41,284 bases of DNA from positions 1-41,284 of the forward strand of contig NIVC01004587.1 in NCBI GenBank assembly GCA_002269645.1, read 5' to 3'. The stretch is from Macrostomum lignano. Its lineage: Eukaryota. Both the position numbers and the translations under genes were made by a program. How positions within the stretch are numbered: position 1 is the first letter of the stretch; each line of letters starts with the position of its first letter. The notes beneath the pieces are model-generated. The model was not told the origin of the DNA, ran no database searches, and worked only from the letters and a program-made list of their open reading frames with translations. Positions 12,696 to 26,387 of the stretch are shown one piece after another.

Positions 12696-13565
12696 CCTGT
12701 ATCTAGCCTGTATCTAGTCTGTAACTAGCCTGTAACTAGCCTGTATCTAGCCTGTATCCAGCCTGTAACTAGCCTGTATCTAGCCTGTATCTAGCCTGTA
12801 TCTAGCCTGTATCTAGTCTGTATCTAGCCTGTATCTAGCCTGTATCTAGCCTGTATCTAGCCTGTATCTAGCCTGTATCTAGCCTGTATCTAGCCTGTAT
12901 CTAGCCTGTATCTAGCCTGTATCTAGTCTGTAACTAGCCTGTAACTAGCCTGTATCTAGCCTGTATCCAGCCTGTAACTAGCCTGTAACTAGCCTGTATC
13001 TAGCCTGTATCTAGCCTGTATCTAGCCTGTATCTAGCCTGTATCTAGCCTGTATCTAGCCTGTATCTAGCCTGTATCTAGCCTGTATCTAGCCTGTATCT
13101 AGCCTGTATCTAGCCTGTATCTAGCCTGTATCTAGCCTGTATCTAGCCTGTATCTAGCCTGTATCTAGCCTGTATCTAGCCTGTATCTAGCCTGTATCTA
13201 GCCTGTATCTAGCCTGTATCCAGCCTGTGTCTAGCCTGTAACTAGCCTGTATCTAGTCTGTATCCAGCCTGTAACTAGTCTGTATCTAGCCTGTATCTAG
13301 CCTGTATCTAGCCTGTATCTAGCCTGTATCTAGCCTGTATCTAGCCTGTATCTAGCCTGTATCTAGCCTGTAACTAGCCTGTATCTAGCCTGTATCTAGC
13401 CTGTATCCAGCCTGTGTCTAGCCTGTAACTAGCCTGTATCTAGTCTGTATCCAGCCTGTAACTAGTCTGTATCTAGCCTGTATCTAGCCTGTATCTAGCC
13501 TGTATCTAGTCTGTATCCAGCCTGTAACTAGTCTGTATCCAGCCTGTAACTAGCCTGTGTCTAGT
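12696..13565. repeat. 11-nt minisatellite (tagcctgtatc)
   Basis: About 79 copies. Confidence 0.97.
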
Positions 13566-13957
13566 ATGTATGAGGCTACATCGTATTAAGGATTTTCCTC
13601 CCTTTTTTTATCTAATAATCGTGAAAAGGACTTATGACGCATCCGATAATTAATTAAGGCAAATTTCGTTTTGACCGCTGCCTATAGAAGATGTGAAAAA
13701 TGATTTTTAAGACAATTTTTTTATCGCTAGCAATTAATCTCAGTATCCATCATCAGACATCTATTGAAGTGTTAAAGCTGCTCTATTCCGAAAAGCAATT
13801 AACCTCCCTGAGGGAGTGACAGAGACTACAGCCTGGGCAGAAAATTCAATTTCCTGAGCTGGCCACAAATGCAATACACGGGTTTTAATAGAATAGGCAC
13901 ATACTCTGGTCGTTTATCAATTTCGACATCAATTCAAAATTGGCCCTCTGAAACCGA

Positions 13958-14819
<862 letters not shown>

Positions 14820-15416
14820 AGATTTGCAGACAATTTAGTGCAGCGAGTCCGGCAACAGCTTGTGTTTAATGTTTTCCTGTCACAAAATCATTCTTATTGA
14901 CGGTCAGCAATAATTATCGCATTAACGCCTCTGTATTTCCTTCCCAATCAATAATTAAAAATCTTTTTGCGTCGGAAATTCAGTTGACTTTACAGCTGAT
15001 GCTGAGCTGAAACAATTGCCCAGGTCAATAAATGGCAAACATTTCCTGTTAGCAAAGCTGTATTAGATTACTAATTATACATTATGCATACACATTTTTA
15101 CGACATGTTTTCCCGTTAAACTGTCACTGCACATCCAGCTGCGCGAAACACGCCCTGAAAGGAATTCTGGGATCTACACAGAATGCTGATGGCTAAAACT
15201 GTGAATAATTTATCCCAAACTGCTTCTGTGGGATTTTGGCTGCTTAAGCTTTGGGTGATGAGAGACACAAAAAGGGATTCAAGATCCAGAGGATCGGACA
15301 GACATGGGAATCCCTGCGTCTGAGGCAGTTTTTTCCCTTCATCTATAATTCTCTATCTGCTTCTGTGGCGTCCGTTCTCTGGGGTTCTTCCCCTATCTTC
15401 TGCAGTTGCGATTCTC

Positions 15417-17108
15417 AACAAACAAATGCAGCTAGATCCACAAACAAATGCAGCTAGATCCACAAACAAATACAGCTAGATCCACAAACAAATACAGCTA
15501 GATTCACAAACAAATACAGCTAGATCCACAAACAAATACAGTTAGATCCACAAACAAATACAGCTAGATCCACAAACAAATACAGCTATATCCACAAACA
15601 AATACAGCTATATCCACAAACAAATACAGCTAGATCCACAAACAAATACAGCTAGATCCACAAACAAATACAGCTAGATCCACAAACAAATACAGCTATA
15701 TCCACAAACAAATACAGCTACATCCACAAACAAATACAGCTAGATCCACTAACAATTACCAGCTAGATCCACTAACAATTACCAGCTAGATCCACTAACA
15801 ATTACCAGCTAGATCCACTAACAACTACCAGCTAGATCCACTAACAAATACAGCTAGATCCACAAACAAATACAGCTAGATCCACTAACAATTACCAGCT
15901 AGATCCACAAACAAATACAGCTAGATCCACAAACAAATGCAGCTAGATCCACAAACAAATACAGCTAGATCCACAAACAAATACAGCTAGATCCACAAAC
16001 AAATACAGCTACATCCACAAACAAATACAGCTAGATCCACTAACAATTACCAGCTAGATCCACTAACAATTACCAGCTAGATCCACAAACAAATACAGCT
16101 AGATCCACAAACAAATACAGCTAGATCCACAAACAAATACAGCTAGATCCACAAACAAATACAGCTAGATCCACAAACAAATACAGCTAGATCCACAAAC
16201 AAATACAGCTATATCCACAAACAAATACAGCTAGATCCACAAACAAATACAGCTAGATCCACAAACAAATAGAGCTATATCCACAAACAAATACAGCTAG
16301 ATCCACTAACAATTACCAGCTAGATCCACTAACAATTACCAGCTACATCCACAAACAAATGCAGCTAGATCCACTAACAATTACCAGCTAGATCCACTAA
16401 CAATTACCAGCTAGATCCACAAACAAATAGAGCTATATCCACAAACAAATACAGCTAGATCCACAAACAAATACAGCTAGATCCACAAACAAATACAGCT
16501 AGATCCACAAACAAATACAGCTAGATCCACAAACAAATAGAGCTAGATCCACAAACAAATACGGCTAGATCCACAAACAATTACCAGCTAGATCCACAAA
16601 CAAATACAGCTAGATCCACAAACAAATACAGCTAGATCCACAAACAAATACAGTTAGATCCACAAACAAATACAGCTAGATCCACAAACAAATACAGCTA
16701 GATCCACAAACAAATACAGCTAGATCCACAAACAAATAGAGCTAGATCCACAAACAAATACAGCTACATCCACAAACAAATACAGCTAGATCCACAAACA
16801 AATACGGCTAGATCCACAAACAATTACCAGCTAGATCCACAAACAAATAGAGCTACATCCACAAACAAATACAGCTAGATCCACAAACAAATACAGCTAG
16901 ATCCACAAACAAATAGAGCTATATCCACAAACAAATACAGCTAGATCCACAAACAAATACAGCTAGATCCACAAACAAATACAGCTAGATCCACAAACAA
17001 ATAGAGCTATATCCACAAACAAATACAGCTAGATCCACAAACAAATACAGCTAGATTCACAAACAAATACAGCTAGATCCACAAACAAATAGAGCTAGAT
17101 CCACAAAC
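15417..17108. repeat. 22-nt minisatellite (acaaacaaatacagctagatcc)
   Basis: About 76 copies, with a 23-nt variant (actaacaattaccagctagatcc). Confidence 0.97.
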
Positions 17109-17759
17109 AGAACCCAGGCTAGGAGAGAGAGACGAGAAAAGAGGAGATGAGAGATGATAGGAGAGGGGAGAAGAGACATAAACGAGTCTGAGTTGTCCGA
17201 GCTGAAATTTAAAGAGTCGGTTCTTTATAAGAAAATTATTACATACACAGCTTCAGCTTCAGCCTCATTCTCAGACTCAACGGTTTCATAGCTTGAGCCT
17301 CAATAGCCAATTCAAACTATACATCCTGAAGGGGGGGGGTTGGCTGTAGTTTGTTCCCGACAAACGGAACTCTCTTCCCCCCACACACGCACCTGCCCCC
17401 ATTTAAGCTAAGCAGCTGTTGCAGCGGCCAAGGTAACACTCGCTGTATAGCCGTAGAAGGCCTCTCTAGAAGTGTTTTTTCCACTCCGGCTCCATCCTCC
17501 ACACTGAAAAGCGTACGCATAAGCTCTGGGTGAGAGGCAGTGCAGCAGGTTGGCCCGCTAAAAATTCTATAATTTTTTTGTCTCGTCTGATGAATAGGCA
17601 AAACTGCAATTGCCGAGCCATTTTCATTATTGCCTCTCCCAGAGAACCGATGGGGAACAATGGGATTCTTTTTATCGGCTTCACTCCCGATGCGATGCAG
17701 TTGGAATTACTATGAAGTAAGAGCTTTTTATAGCTTTAGAGAGGCTATCAGTTCCTCAA

Positions 17760-18342
17760 GTATCCTGATCATTTACCTGTCTGTTAATCCATCTGAATCT
17801 TCATCTGTCTGTTAATCCACTTAGTTCCTGACCTTCATCTGCCTGTTAATTCACCTGGTTCTTGACCTTCACCTGTCTGTTAATTCACCTGGTTCTTGAC
17901 CTTCATCTGCCTGTTAATTCACCTGGTTCTTGACCTTCATCTGTCTATTAATGCTTCCACCTGGTTCTTGTCCTTCATCTGTCTGTTGATCCACCTGGTT
18001 CTTGTCCTTCATCTGTCTGTTGATCCACCTGGTTCTTGACCTTCATCTGTCTATTAATGCTTCCACCTGGTTCTTGACCTTCATCTGTCTGTTGATCCAC
18101 CTGGTTCTTGACCTTCATCTGTCTGTTGATCCACCTGGTTCTTGACCTTCATCTGTCTGTTGATCCACCTGGTTCTTGACCTTCATCTGTCTGTTGATCC
18201 ACCTGGTTCTTGACCTTCATCTGTCTGTTGATCCACCTGGTTCTTGACCTTCACCTGTCTATTAATGCTTCCACCTGGTTCTTGTCCTTCATATGTCTGT
18301 TGATCTACCTGGTTCTTCACCACCTGTCTGTTAATCCACCTG
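17760..18342. repeat. 34-nt minisatellite (ccacctggttcttgaccttcatctgtctgttgat)
   Basis: About 17 copies, ending ~20 nt before the exon 2 acceptor. Confidence 0.93.
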
Positions 18343-18363
18343 CTCCTTCAACGCTGTCCGCAG

Positions 18364-19004
18364 GTGGAGCCGTGCTGCTGGATGACGTACACCTCCCACC
18401 GTGAGACCCAGGAGACGCTCACTATTCTGGACAGACTCGACCTGGACACCGACAAGCTCGCGGAAGAAGATCTCTACAAAAAGTTCGGCTTAGAAGAGAA
18501 ATTCATTAACAACGAGTTGAACATCTGGCAGAGGTTGAAACCGAAGCTCTGGGCCCTGTTCGACGAGCCCTACTCCTCGGCCGCGGCAAAAATTGTCGCT
18601 GTAGTCTCAGTGTTCTTCATCGTGATCAGCATCCTGTCCTTCTGTTTGAAGACTTTTCCCGGCTTGCGAGTGCCGATCATCTCGAATGAGACGGTGGTGC
18701 TGGACCTGCTGGGCAATCAGTCCTTCGCCTTCTACAAGCACCGCAGCGAGCCCCATCAGGCGTTCTTCTTCGTCGAGTGCGTCTGCAACTCGTGGTTCAC
18801 CTTCGAGATCGTCACCAGATTTGCCGTGACTCCAAGTAAGCTGGAGTTCCTAAAATCGCCAGTGAACATCATCGATTTTATTGCCACGCTGTCCTTCTAT
18901 ATGGACTTGGCCTTGAACAGCGCTCTGAATGCTGATGAGGCCAGCTATGAGGTGCTCGAGTTCTTCAGCATCATCCGCATCATGCGGCTGTTCAAGCTGA
19001 CCAG
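18364..19004 (+). CDS. Shaw: Shaw/Kv3 exon 2 (end of T1, S1-S4)
   Basis: Acceptor ccgcag|GTG. Reads VEPCCWMTY...[14 protein letters not shown]...[12 protein letters not shown]...[15 protein letters not shown](R). Donor CAG|GTGAGT, phase 2. Joins exon 1 as DSNQ|VEPCCW. Confidence 0.96.
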
Positions 19005-19031
19005 GTGAGTGGGCTGGAGTTCGATTGATTC

Positions 19032-19906
19032 AATCCCAGATCCTCAGTTTCTGGGCCAGCCTCCCAGATCCTCAGTTGTTGGGCCAGCCTCCCAGATCCT
19101 CAGTTGCTGGGCCAGCCTCCCAGATCCTCAGTTGTTGGGCCAGCCTCCCAGATTCTCAGCTGCTGGGCCAGCTTCCCAGATCCTCAGTTGCTGGGCCAGC
19201 CTCCCAGATCCTCAGTTGCTGGGCCAGCCTCCCAAATCCTCAGTTGCTGGGCCAGCCTACCAGATCGTCAGTTGCTGGGCCAGCCTCGCAGATTCCCAGT
19301 TGCTGGGCCAGCCTCGCAGATTCTCAGTTTCCGGGCCAGCCTCCCAGATTCTCAGTTGCCGGGCCAGCCTCCCAGATCCTCAGGTGCAGGGCCAGCCTCC
19401 CAGATCCTCAGTTGCTGGGCCAGCCTCCCAGAGTGTCAGTTGCTGGGCCAACTTCCCAGATTCTCAGCTGCTGCGCCAGCCTCCCAAATCCTCAGTTGCT
19501 GGGCCAGCTTCCCAGATTCTCAGCTGCTGCGCCAGCCTCCCTGATCCTCAGTTGCTGGGCCAGCCTCTCAGAGTGTCAGTTGCTGGGCCAACTTCCCAGA
19601 TTCTCAGCTGCTGCGCCAGCCTCCCAAATCCTCAGTTGCTGGGCCAGCTTCCCAGATTCTCAGCTGCTGCGCCAGCCTCCCTGATCCTCAGTTGCTGGGC
19701 CAGCCTCTCAGAGTGTCAGTTGCTGGGCCAACTTCCCAGATTCTCAGCTGCTGCGCCAGCCTCCCAAATCCTCAGTTGCTGGGCCAGCTTCCCAGATTCT
19801 CAGCTGCTGCGCCAGCCTCCCTGATCCTCAGTTGCTGGGCCAGCCTCCCAGATCCTCAGTTTCTGGGCCAGCCTCCCAAATCCTCAGTTGCTGGGCCTCC
19901 CAGATC
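19032..19906. repeat. 28-nt minisatellite (gggccagcctcccagatcctcagttgct), copy A
   Basis: About 31 copies; internal 140-nt (5-unit) higher-order repeat with markers at 19531, 19671 and 19811. Confidence 0.96.
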
Positions 19907-20032
19907 TGGAAAGTCAAGGTTAAACCTCAGTGATACAATTTGTAACAGCTGCCGCTCTGTCTGGCAGCGTGTGAGCTCTTTCGGATCAGTTGTACCAAAG
20001 CATACCGTGAGGTCTGGAGACTCGAAATTCCA

Positions 20033-20042
20033 GAGAGGAGAG

Positions 20043-20088
<46 letters not shown>
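20033..20088. repeat. (GA)n microsatellite
   Basis: Direct inspection. Confidence 0.9.
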
Positions 20089-20746
20089 AGGGCTTGTGTG
20101 TTTAGTCTTTACTCCTCTGTCTTCTCCACAAGACGGGGCAAACGCGCACACACGGTTGGCTTGGGGTTGGTGCAGCCAGCCGGAGCAGAATGTGATTGGG
20201 GGGGGGCGGTGTTATTACTGGAATGGGACTCCGGGACTTGCGACCTACGGGAGCGGCTTGGCTAATGTCTCGGCTCGGGTTGCTAGCAGGGATCGCGGCA
20301 TGTTGGGGAGCCTCCCTAATGCAGTTGGAAAATGTCAACTCGGTGTGCCGAGCGAATTGGCCAGCGAAGCGAATCTGCATCAAGATTCTGAGTTCGCGGC
20401 GCTGGGAGCAGAGAGGGTAAGAGAGTGAGAGAGTTGGGACACAGATATGGCCAAACAGCCTCGGCTAACCTTGATAAGTTTTGTGGGGCGGGCAGAGGAG
20501 TTCCACGAGATGCCCCTGCATGCCTTGCTCTGACTAATGCCAGAATCTTGCATATGATCTGTCATGGTAATTGCTATTATCAACCAAGTAAGTCATACTT
20601 GAGCAATGGTAGATTTCCGATAATTACCCTGCCGATTTGAGTTGAAGCTAATTTTGTAGATATAATTTTTTCCTTCAAAAACTACTTTACGAACATAAAA
20701 TTAGTATGTATAATACTAATAATAATGACACCTCTTGCACTAGTGC

Positions 20747-21920
20747 GTCACCTGTTAGATAGGATAGTGTCACCTGTTAGATAGAATATTGTCACCTGTT
20801 AGATAGGATTGTGTCACCTGTTAGATAGGATTGTGTCACCTGTTAGATAGGATAGTGTCACCTGTTAGATAGGATTGTGTCACCTGTTAGATAGAATATT
20901 GTCACCTGTTAGATAGTATTGTGTCACCTGTTAGATAGGATTGTGTCACCTGTTAGATAGGATTGTGTCACCTGTTAGATAGGATAGTGTCACCTGTTAG
21001 ATAGGATTGTGTCACCTGTTAGACAGGATTGTGTCACCTGTTAGATAGGATTGTGTCACCTGTTAGATAGTATTGTGTCACCTGTTAGATAGTATTGTGT
21101 CACCTGTTAGATAGGATTGTGTCATCTGTTAGATAGGATTGTGTCACCTGTTCGATAGGAATGCAACCTGTTAGACAGGATTGTGTCACCTGTTAGACAG
21201 GATTGTGTCACCTGTTAGACAGGATTGTGTCACCTGTTAGACAGGATTGTGTCACCTGTTAGACAGGATTGTGTCACCTGTTAGACAGGATTATGTCACC
21301 TGTTCGATAGGAATGTAACGTGTTACATAGGAATGCAACCTGTTAGATAGTATTGTATCACCTGTTAGATAGTATTGTATCACCTGTTAGATAGTATTGT
21401 ATCACCTGTTAGATAGTATTGTATCACCTGTTAGATAGTATTGTATCACCTGTTAGATAGTATTGTATCACCTGTTAGATAGTATTGTATCACCTGTTAG
21501 ATAGTATTGTATCACCTGTTAGATAGTATTGTATCACCTGTTAGATAGGATTGTGTCACCTGTTAGACAGGATTGTGTCACCTGTTAGATAGGATTGTGT
21601 CACCTGTTAGATAGTATTGTGTCACCTGTTAGAAAGGGATGTCACCTGCTAGACAGGATTGCGTCACCTGTTAGATAGGATTGTGTCACCTGTTAGATAG
21701 GATTGTGTCACCTGTTAGATAGGATTGTGTCATCTGTTAGATAGGATTGTGTCACCTGTTAGATAGTATTGTGTCACCTGTTAGATAGTATTGTGTCACC
21801 TGTTAGATAGGATTGTGTCACCTGTTAGATAGTATTGTGTCACCTGTTAGAAAGGGATGTCACCTGCTAGACAGGATTGCGTCACCTGTTAAATAGGGTT
21901 GTGTCACCTGTTAGACAGGG
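20747..21920. repeat. 22-nt minisatellite (gtcacctgttagataggattgt)
   Basis: About 53 copies. Confidence 0.96.
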
Positions 21921-22047
21921 ATGCCACCTGCTAGAGTTAGCGTCATCCTGTGCAGATTGTGGCATGTCAGCTTCATTTTATAAAAACATGCAGTGCGACA
22001 AATCAATCACAGATGCAAAACGCGTGACTGAATTATCAATTTCGCAG

Positions 22048-22286
22048 ACACATCTCCGGCCTGAAGATCCTGATTCACACCTTTAAAGCCTCAGCCAAGG
22101 AGCTCCTGCTGCTGGTGTTCTTTCTAATAGTCTTCATCGTAGTGTTTGCTGCGCTGATCTACTATGCCGAGCGAATTCAGTACAATCCCGATAATTCCTT
22201 CGACTCAATCCCAATTGGTCTTTGGTGGGCCATTGTTACCATGACAACCGTCGGATATGGAGACATGACGCCCAAAACTTATGCAG
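22048..22286 (+). CDS. Shaw: Shaw/Kv3 exon 3 (S4-S5 linker, S5, pore)
   Basis: Acceptor ttcgcag|A completes the AG+A Arg codon. Reads [42 protein letters not shown]...[23 protein letters not shown](G). Donor CAG|GTGAGT, phase 1. Confidence 0.96.
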
Positions 22287-22357
22287 GTGAGTCACTTATT
22301 CAATCATGCATTGAAAAATGTATTCTGTCAATTGATGTATTGATGAACGGCTATGCC

Positions 22358-22745
22358 GTTCCAGCCTCCCAGATCCTCAGTTGCTGTGCCAGCCTCCCAG
22401 ATCCTCAGTTGCTGGGCCAGCCTCCCAGATCCTCAGTTGCTGGGCCAGCCTTCCAGATCCCCAGTTGCTGGGCCAGCCTCCCAGATCCCCAGTTGCTTGG
22501 CCAGTCTCCCAGATCCCCAGTTGCTTGGCCAGCCTCCCAGATCCTCAGTTGCTGGGCCAGCCTCCCAGATCCCCAGTTGCTGGGCCAGCTTCCCAGAATG
22601 TCAGTTGCTGGGCCAGCCTCCCAGTTCCTTAGTTGCTGGGCCAGCCTCCCAGATCCTCAGTTGCTGGGCCAGCTTCCCAGATCCTCAGTTGCTGGGCCAG
22701 CCTCCCAGCATGTCAGTTGCTGGGCCAGCCTCCCAGATCCCCAGT
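22358..22745. repeat. 28-nt minisatellite, copy B (same unit as 19032-19906)
   Basis: About 14 copies, same orientation as copy A. Confidence 0.95.
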
Positions 22746-23718
22746 TCTACTTTGTCAGTTGTCAGTTGTTTTCAGTTGTTAGTTGTCAATAAAATGCTTG
22801 AAAGGTCTCTTACTCGTAAAAGTAGTTTAGGTTCTTGACGCGGTGCTTTTTTGTAATCGCATTACTACTACTACTACTACTACTACTACGGGACTCATAC
22901 AAAATATTAAAATAGAAAACATGACACACACAAAGTTGCTTTTAGAATCAGCTTTCAAAAGTGGGTTTTTTCAACTACGTGCTCAGAAATACCTTCCTTA
23001 CAGATCATAAAAGAGAATAAATTCTGCCTGAAGTTAGGAAGATGAGGCTGGTTTCAGTTGTTTTAAAGAACTGAATTTTCTAGTCGTGACTCAAACCGCA
23101 CTCCAAAAGAACGCACAGCGCTGAATTGGGTTTGCCATAGACAAAAAGTAATCAGATTTCTCTAGAGCATACTGAATGCGCTAGCGTAACAACAAATATA
23201 TACAGACACGTTTCTTACCATCATGCAGCTCATTTCTTAGAAATCGTTTTCGTTTAAGAACCCCTCAGGAGGTTATCCATGCACATGAAACAGAATCTTA
23301 CACGCACACCTTTGCAGAAAAAGAAACTATTAAATAAGCAACTATAGAATCCCTAAGGAATGAAAAAGAAGCTCTAAGACCTAAACTCTTAGGTAGCCGT
23401 TGGGCGCAAATATCCCAACAGTTTGCCATGCATGCAATGGGAATTAATGAAGCGAGCATTCGCTAACGAGAGAGATGGACTGTATGGGATAAAACAGAGT
23501 GTAGGATAGTACGGTAGGAAAAATGACTTTGCTCGCCCAGATACACATGGCCCGAGGGTAGTGTGACTCCGTGCCACCCTGGCCGTATCGACCAAGTTAG
23601 GATAGTCTCTGATATTCCATTAACTCTCTACTAGAGCAACCCGTGATAGACTGGAAAACTATCCTTGTCTAGTGAAAACTTCGATTTTCACGTGGATATA
23701 GTTGGTTATAACTACAAA

Positions 23719-25707
23719 CAGGCGCGTCGCCACCGGGGGGGGGGACAAGGGGGACATGCCAATGCTTTGTCCCCCCCTTGTGACCCGTTATGGAAATCAA
23801 TAATGTTGCTGCAGGGCGACAATAGTGCCTGTGGCGCTAAAATGAGTGACTGCGGCGCTAAAATGAGTGCCTGCGGTGCCAAAATGAGTGCCTGCGGCGC
23901 TAAAATGAGTGCCTGCGGCGCTAAAATGAGTGCCTGTGGCGCTAAAATGAGTGACTGCGGCGCTAAAATGAGTGCCTGCGGTGCCAAAATGAGTGCCTGC
24001 GGCGCTAAAATGAGTGACTGCGGCGCTAAAATGAGTGCCTACGGCGCTAAAATGAGTGCTTGCGGCGCCAAAATGAGTGCCTGCGGCGCTAAAATGAGTG
24101 CCTGCGGCGCTAAAATGAGTGCCTGCGGCGCTAAAATGAGTACTTGCGGCGCCAAAATGAGTACCTGCGGCGCTAAAATGAGTGACTGCGGCGCTAAAAT
24201 GAGTGCCTGCGGCGCTAAAATGAGTGCTTGCGGCGCCAAAATGAGTGCCTGCGGCGCTAAAATGAGTGCCTGCGGCGCTAAAATGAGTGACTGCGGCGCC
24301 AAAATAAGTGCCTGAGGCGCTAAAATGAGTGCCTGCGGCGCTAAAATGAGTGACTGCGGCGCTAAAATGAGTGGCTGCGGCGTCAAAATGAGTGCCTGCG
24401 GCGCTAAAATGAGTGACTGCGGCGCTAAAATGAGTGCCTGCGGCGCTAAAATGAGTGCCCGCGGCGCTAAAATGAGTGCCTGCGGCGCTAAAATGAGTGG
24501 CTGCGGCGTCAAAATGAGTGCCTGCGGCGCCAAAATGAGTGACTGCGGCGCCAAAATAAGTGACTGCGGCGCCAAAATGAGTGCCTGCGGCGCCAAAATG
24601 AGTGACTGCGGCGCCAAAATAAGTGACTGCGGCGCTAAAATGAGTGCCTGCGGCGCTAAAATGAGTGCCTGCGGCGTCAAAATGAGTGCCTGCGGCGCCA
24701 AAATGACTGACTGCGGCGCCAAAATAAGTGACTGCGGCGCTAAAATGAGTGCCTGCGGCGCTAAAATGAGTGCCTGCGGCGCTAAAATGAGTGCCTGCGG
24801 CGCTAAAATGAGTGCCTGCGGCGCCAAAATGAGTGCCTGCGGCGCCAAAATGAGTGCCTGCGGCGCTAAAATGAGTGCCTGCGGCGCTAAAATGAGTGCT
24901 GCGGCGCTAAAATGAGTGCCTGCGGCGCTAAAATGAGTGCCTGCGGCGCTAAAATGAGTGCCTGCGGCGCTAAAATGAGTGCCTGCGGCGCTAAAATGAG
25001 TGCCTGCGGCGCTAAAATGAGTGCCTGCGGCGCTAAAATGAGTGCTGCGGCGCTAAAATGAGTGCCTGCGGCGCTAAAATGAGTGCCTGCGGCGCTAAAA
25101 TGAGTGCCTGCGGCGCTAAAATGAGTGCCTGCGGCGCTAAAATGAGTGACTGCGGCGCTAAAATGAGTGACTGCGGCGCTAAAATGAGTGCCTGCGGCGC
25201 TAAAATGAGTGCCTACGGCGCTAAAATGAGTGCCTGCGGCGCTAAAATGAGTGACTGCGGCGCTAAAATGAGTGCCTGCGGCGCTAAAATGAGTGCCTGC
25301 GGCGCTAAAATGAGTGCCTGCGGCGCTAAAATGAGTGCCTGCGGCGCTAAAATGAGTGCCTGCGGCGCTAAAATGAGTGCCTGCGGCGCTAAAATGAGTG
25401 CCTGCGGCGCTAAAATGAGTGCCTGCGGCGCTAAAATGAGTGACTGCGGCGCTAAAATGAGTGACTGCGGCGCTAAAATGAGTGACTGCGGCGCTAAAAT
25501 GAGTGCCTGTGGCGCTAAAATGAGTGCCTGCGGCGCTAAAATGAGTGGCTGCGGCGTCAAAATGAGTGCCTGCGGCGCCAAAATGAGCGCTGACAACGCG
25601 ATTCTCAAAATAATGGAAATGTAGGAATTTAGTCATGAACATGTTCATGTTGAATTCTTGGTTTTGTCACCCCCCCCCGCACCATAAAATCCATGGCGAC
25701 GCCCCTG
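23719..25707. mobile_element. Non-autonomous hAT-like DNA transposon carrying a 21-nt minisatellite
   Basis: TIRs CAGGCGCGTCGCCA (23719-23732) and TGGCGACGCCCCTG (25694-25707), 13/14 match. Flanking 8-mers ACTACAAA / ACTACAAT, 7/8 match. Inverted subterminal G-run+GACAA. No transposase ORF. Confidence 0.75.
23822..25590. repeat. 21-nt CpG-rich minisatellite (gcggcgctaaaatgagtgcct) inside the hAT-like element
   Basis: About 84 copies. Confidence 0.97.
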
Positions 25708-26387
25708 ACTACAATAGCTGAATATCCAGTGATCCAGCAAAGCTGTTTCTGTAGATTAAATTAGTCTTACACAAATCCAGTTTGGAACTGAAATGGGAAC
25801 GGACGGCTGCATGTCCGCTGGGAATTCAAAAGACTACTATGCTGATTAAATAATGTAGCGTTTGCTTTGCACAATGGCCGCAGCTAGAACAAGTGTCTTT
25901 CACTCGAAACTAATTTGCATTGTTGCTCTCAAAGAGACGAGAAGAACAGTCAAACAAATATTGAAAGGCAAGATGAATTTAGAACAGGGTGGTTGAGCCA
26001 CTTAAGTAGGAAATTATTAGGAGACAGATTTTACCGGGAAAAAATACATTGCGGAGAACAGAGGTTTTCATTTTTTCAACGCCAAAATTGCAATTGCTGC
26101 TTTTGATGGGAGGCAGACCCAATGTTCGTCTTCTGATATGACTTGCCTTTGTAAAAGTTCTATTGTCCTAATTTGTAGAGCTTTTCGTTTAGAAAATTAG
26201 GATTCTATATAAATTTTTTATCCTACGTACCAGCTTATATACATGTCCTGTGCCTAAAAGTCGTTAAAATAGCTTTGTAAATACACGATCGGGTGTTGAT
26301 TGACACTGGCACTGCTAAGCGTTCATCTCGACTTTTTTACGTTGGAAATATTTTGATTCTCATAAATCACTTGAAAAATATACTCAG

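Noticed and set aside
19009-25648. [15 protein letters not shown] and APQALIL ORFs
   Set aside because: Translations of intronic 28-nt and 21-nt arrays.
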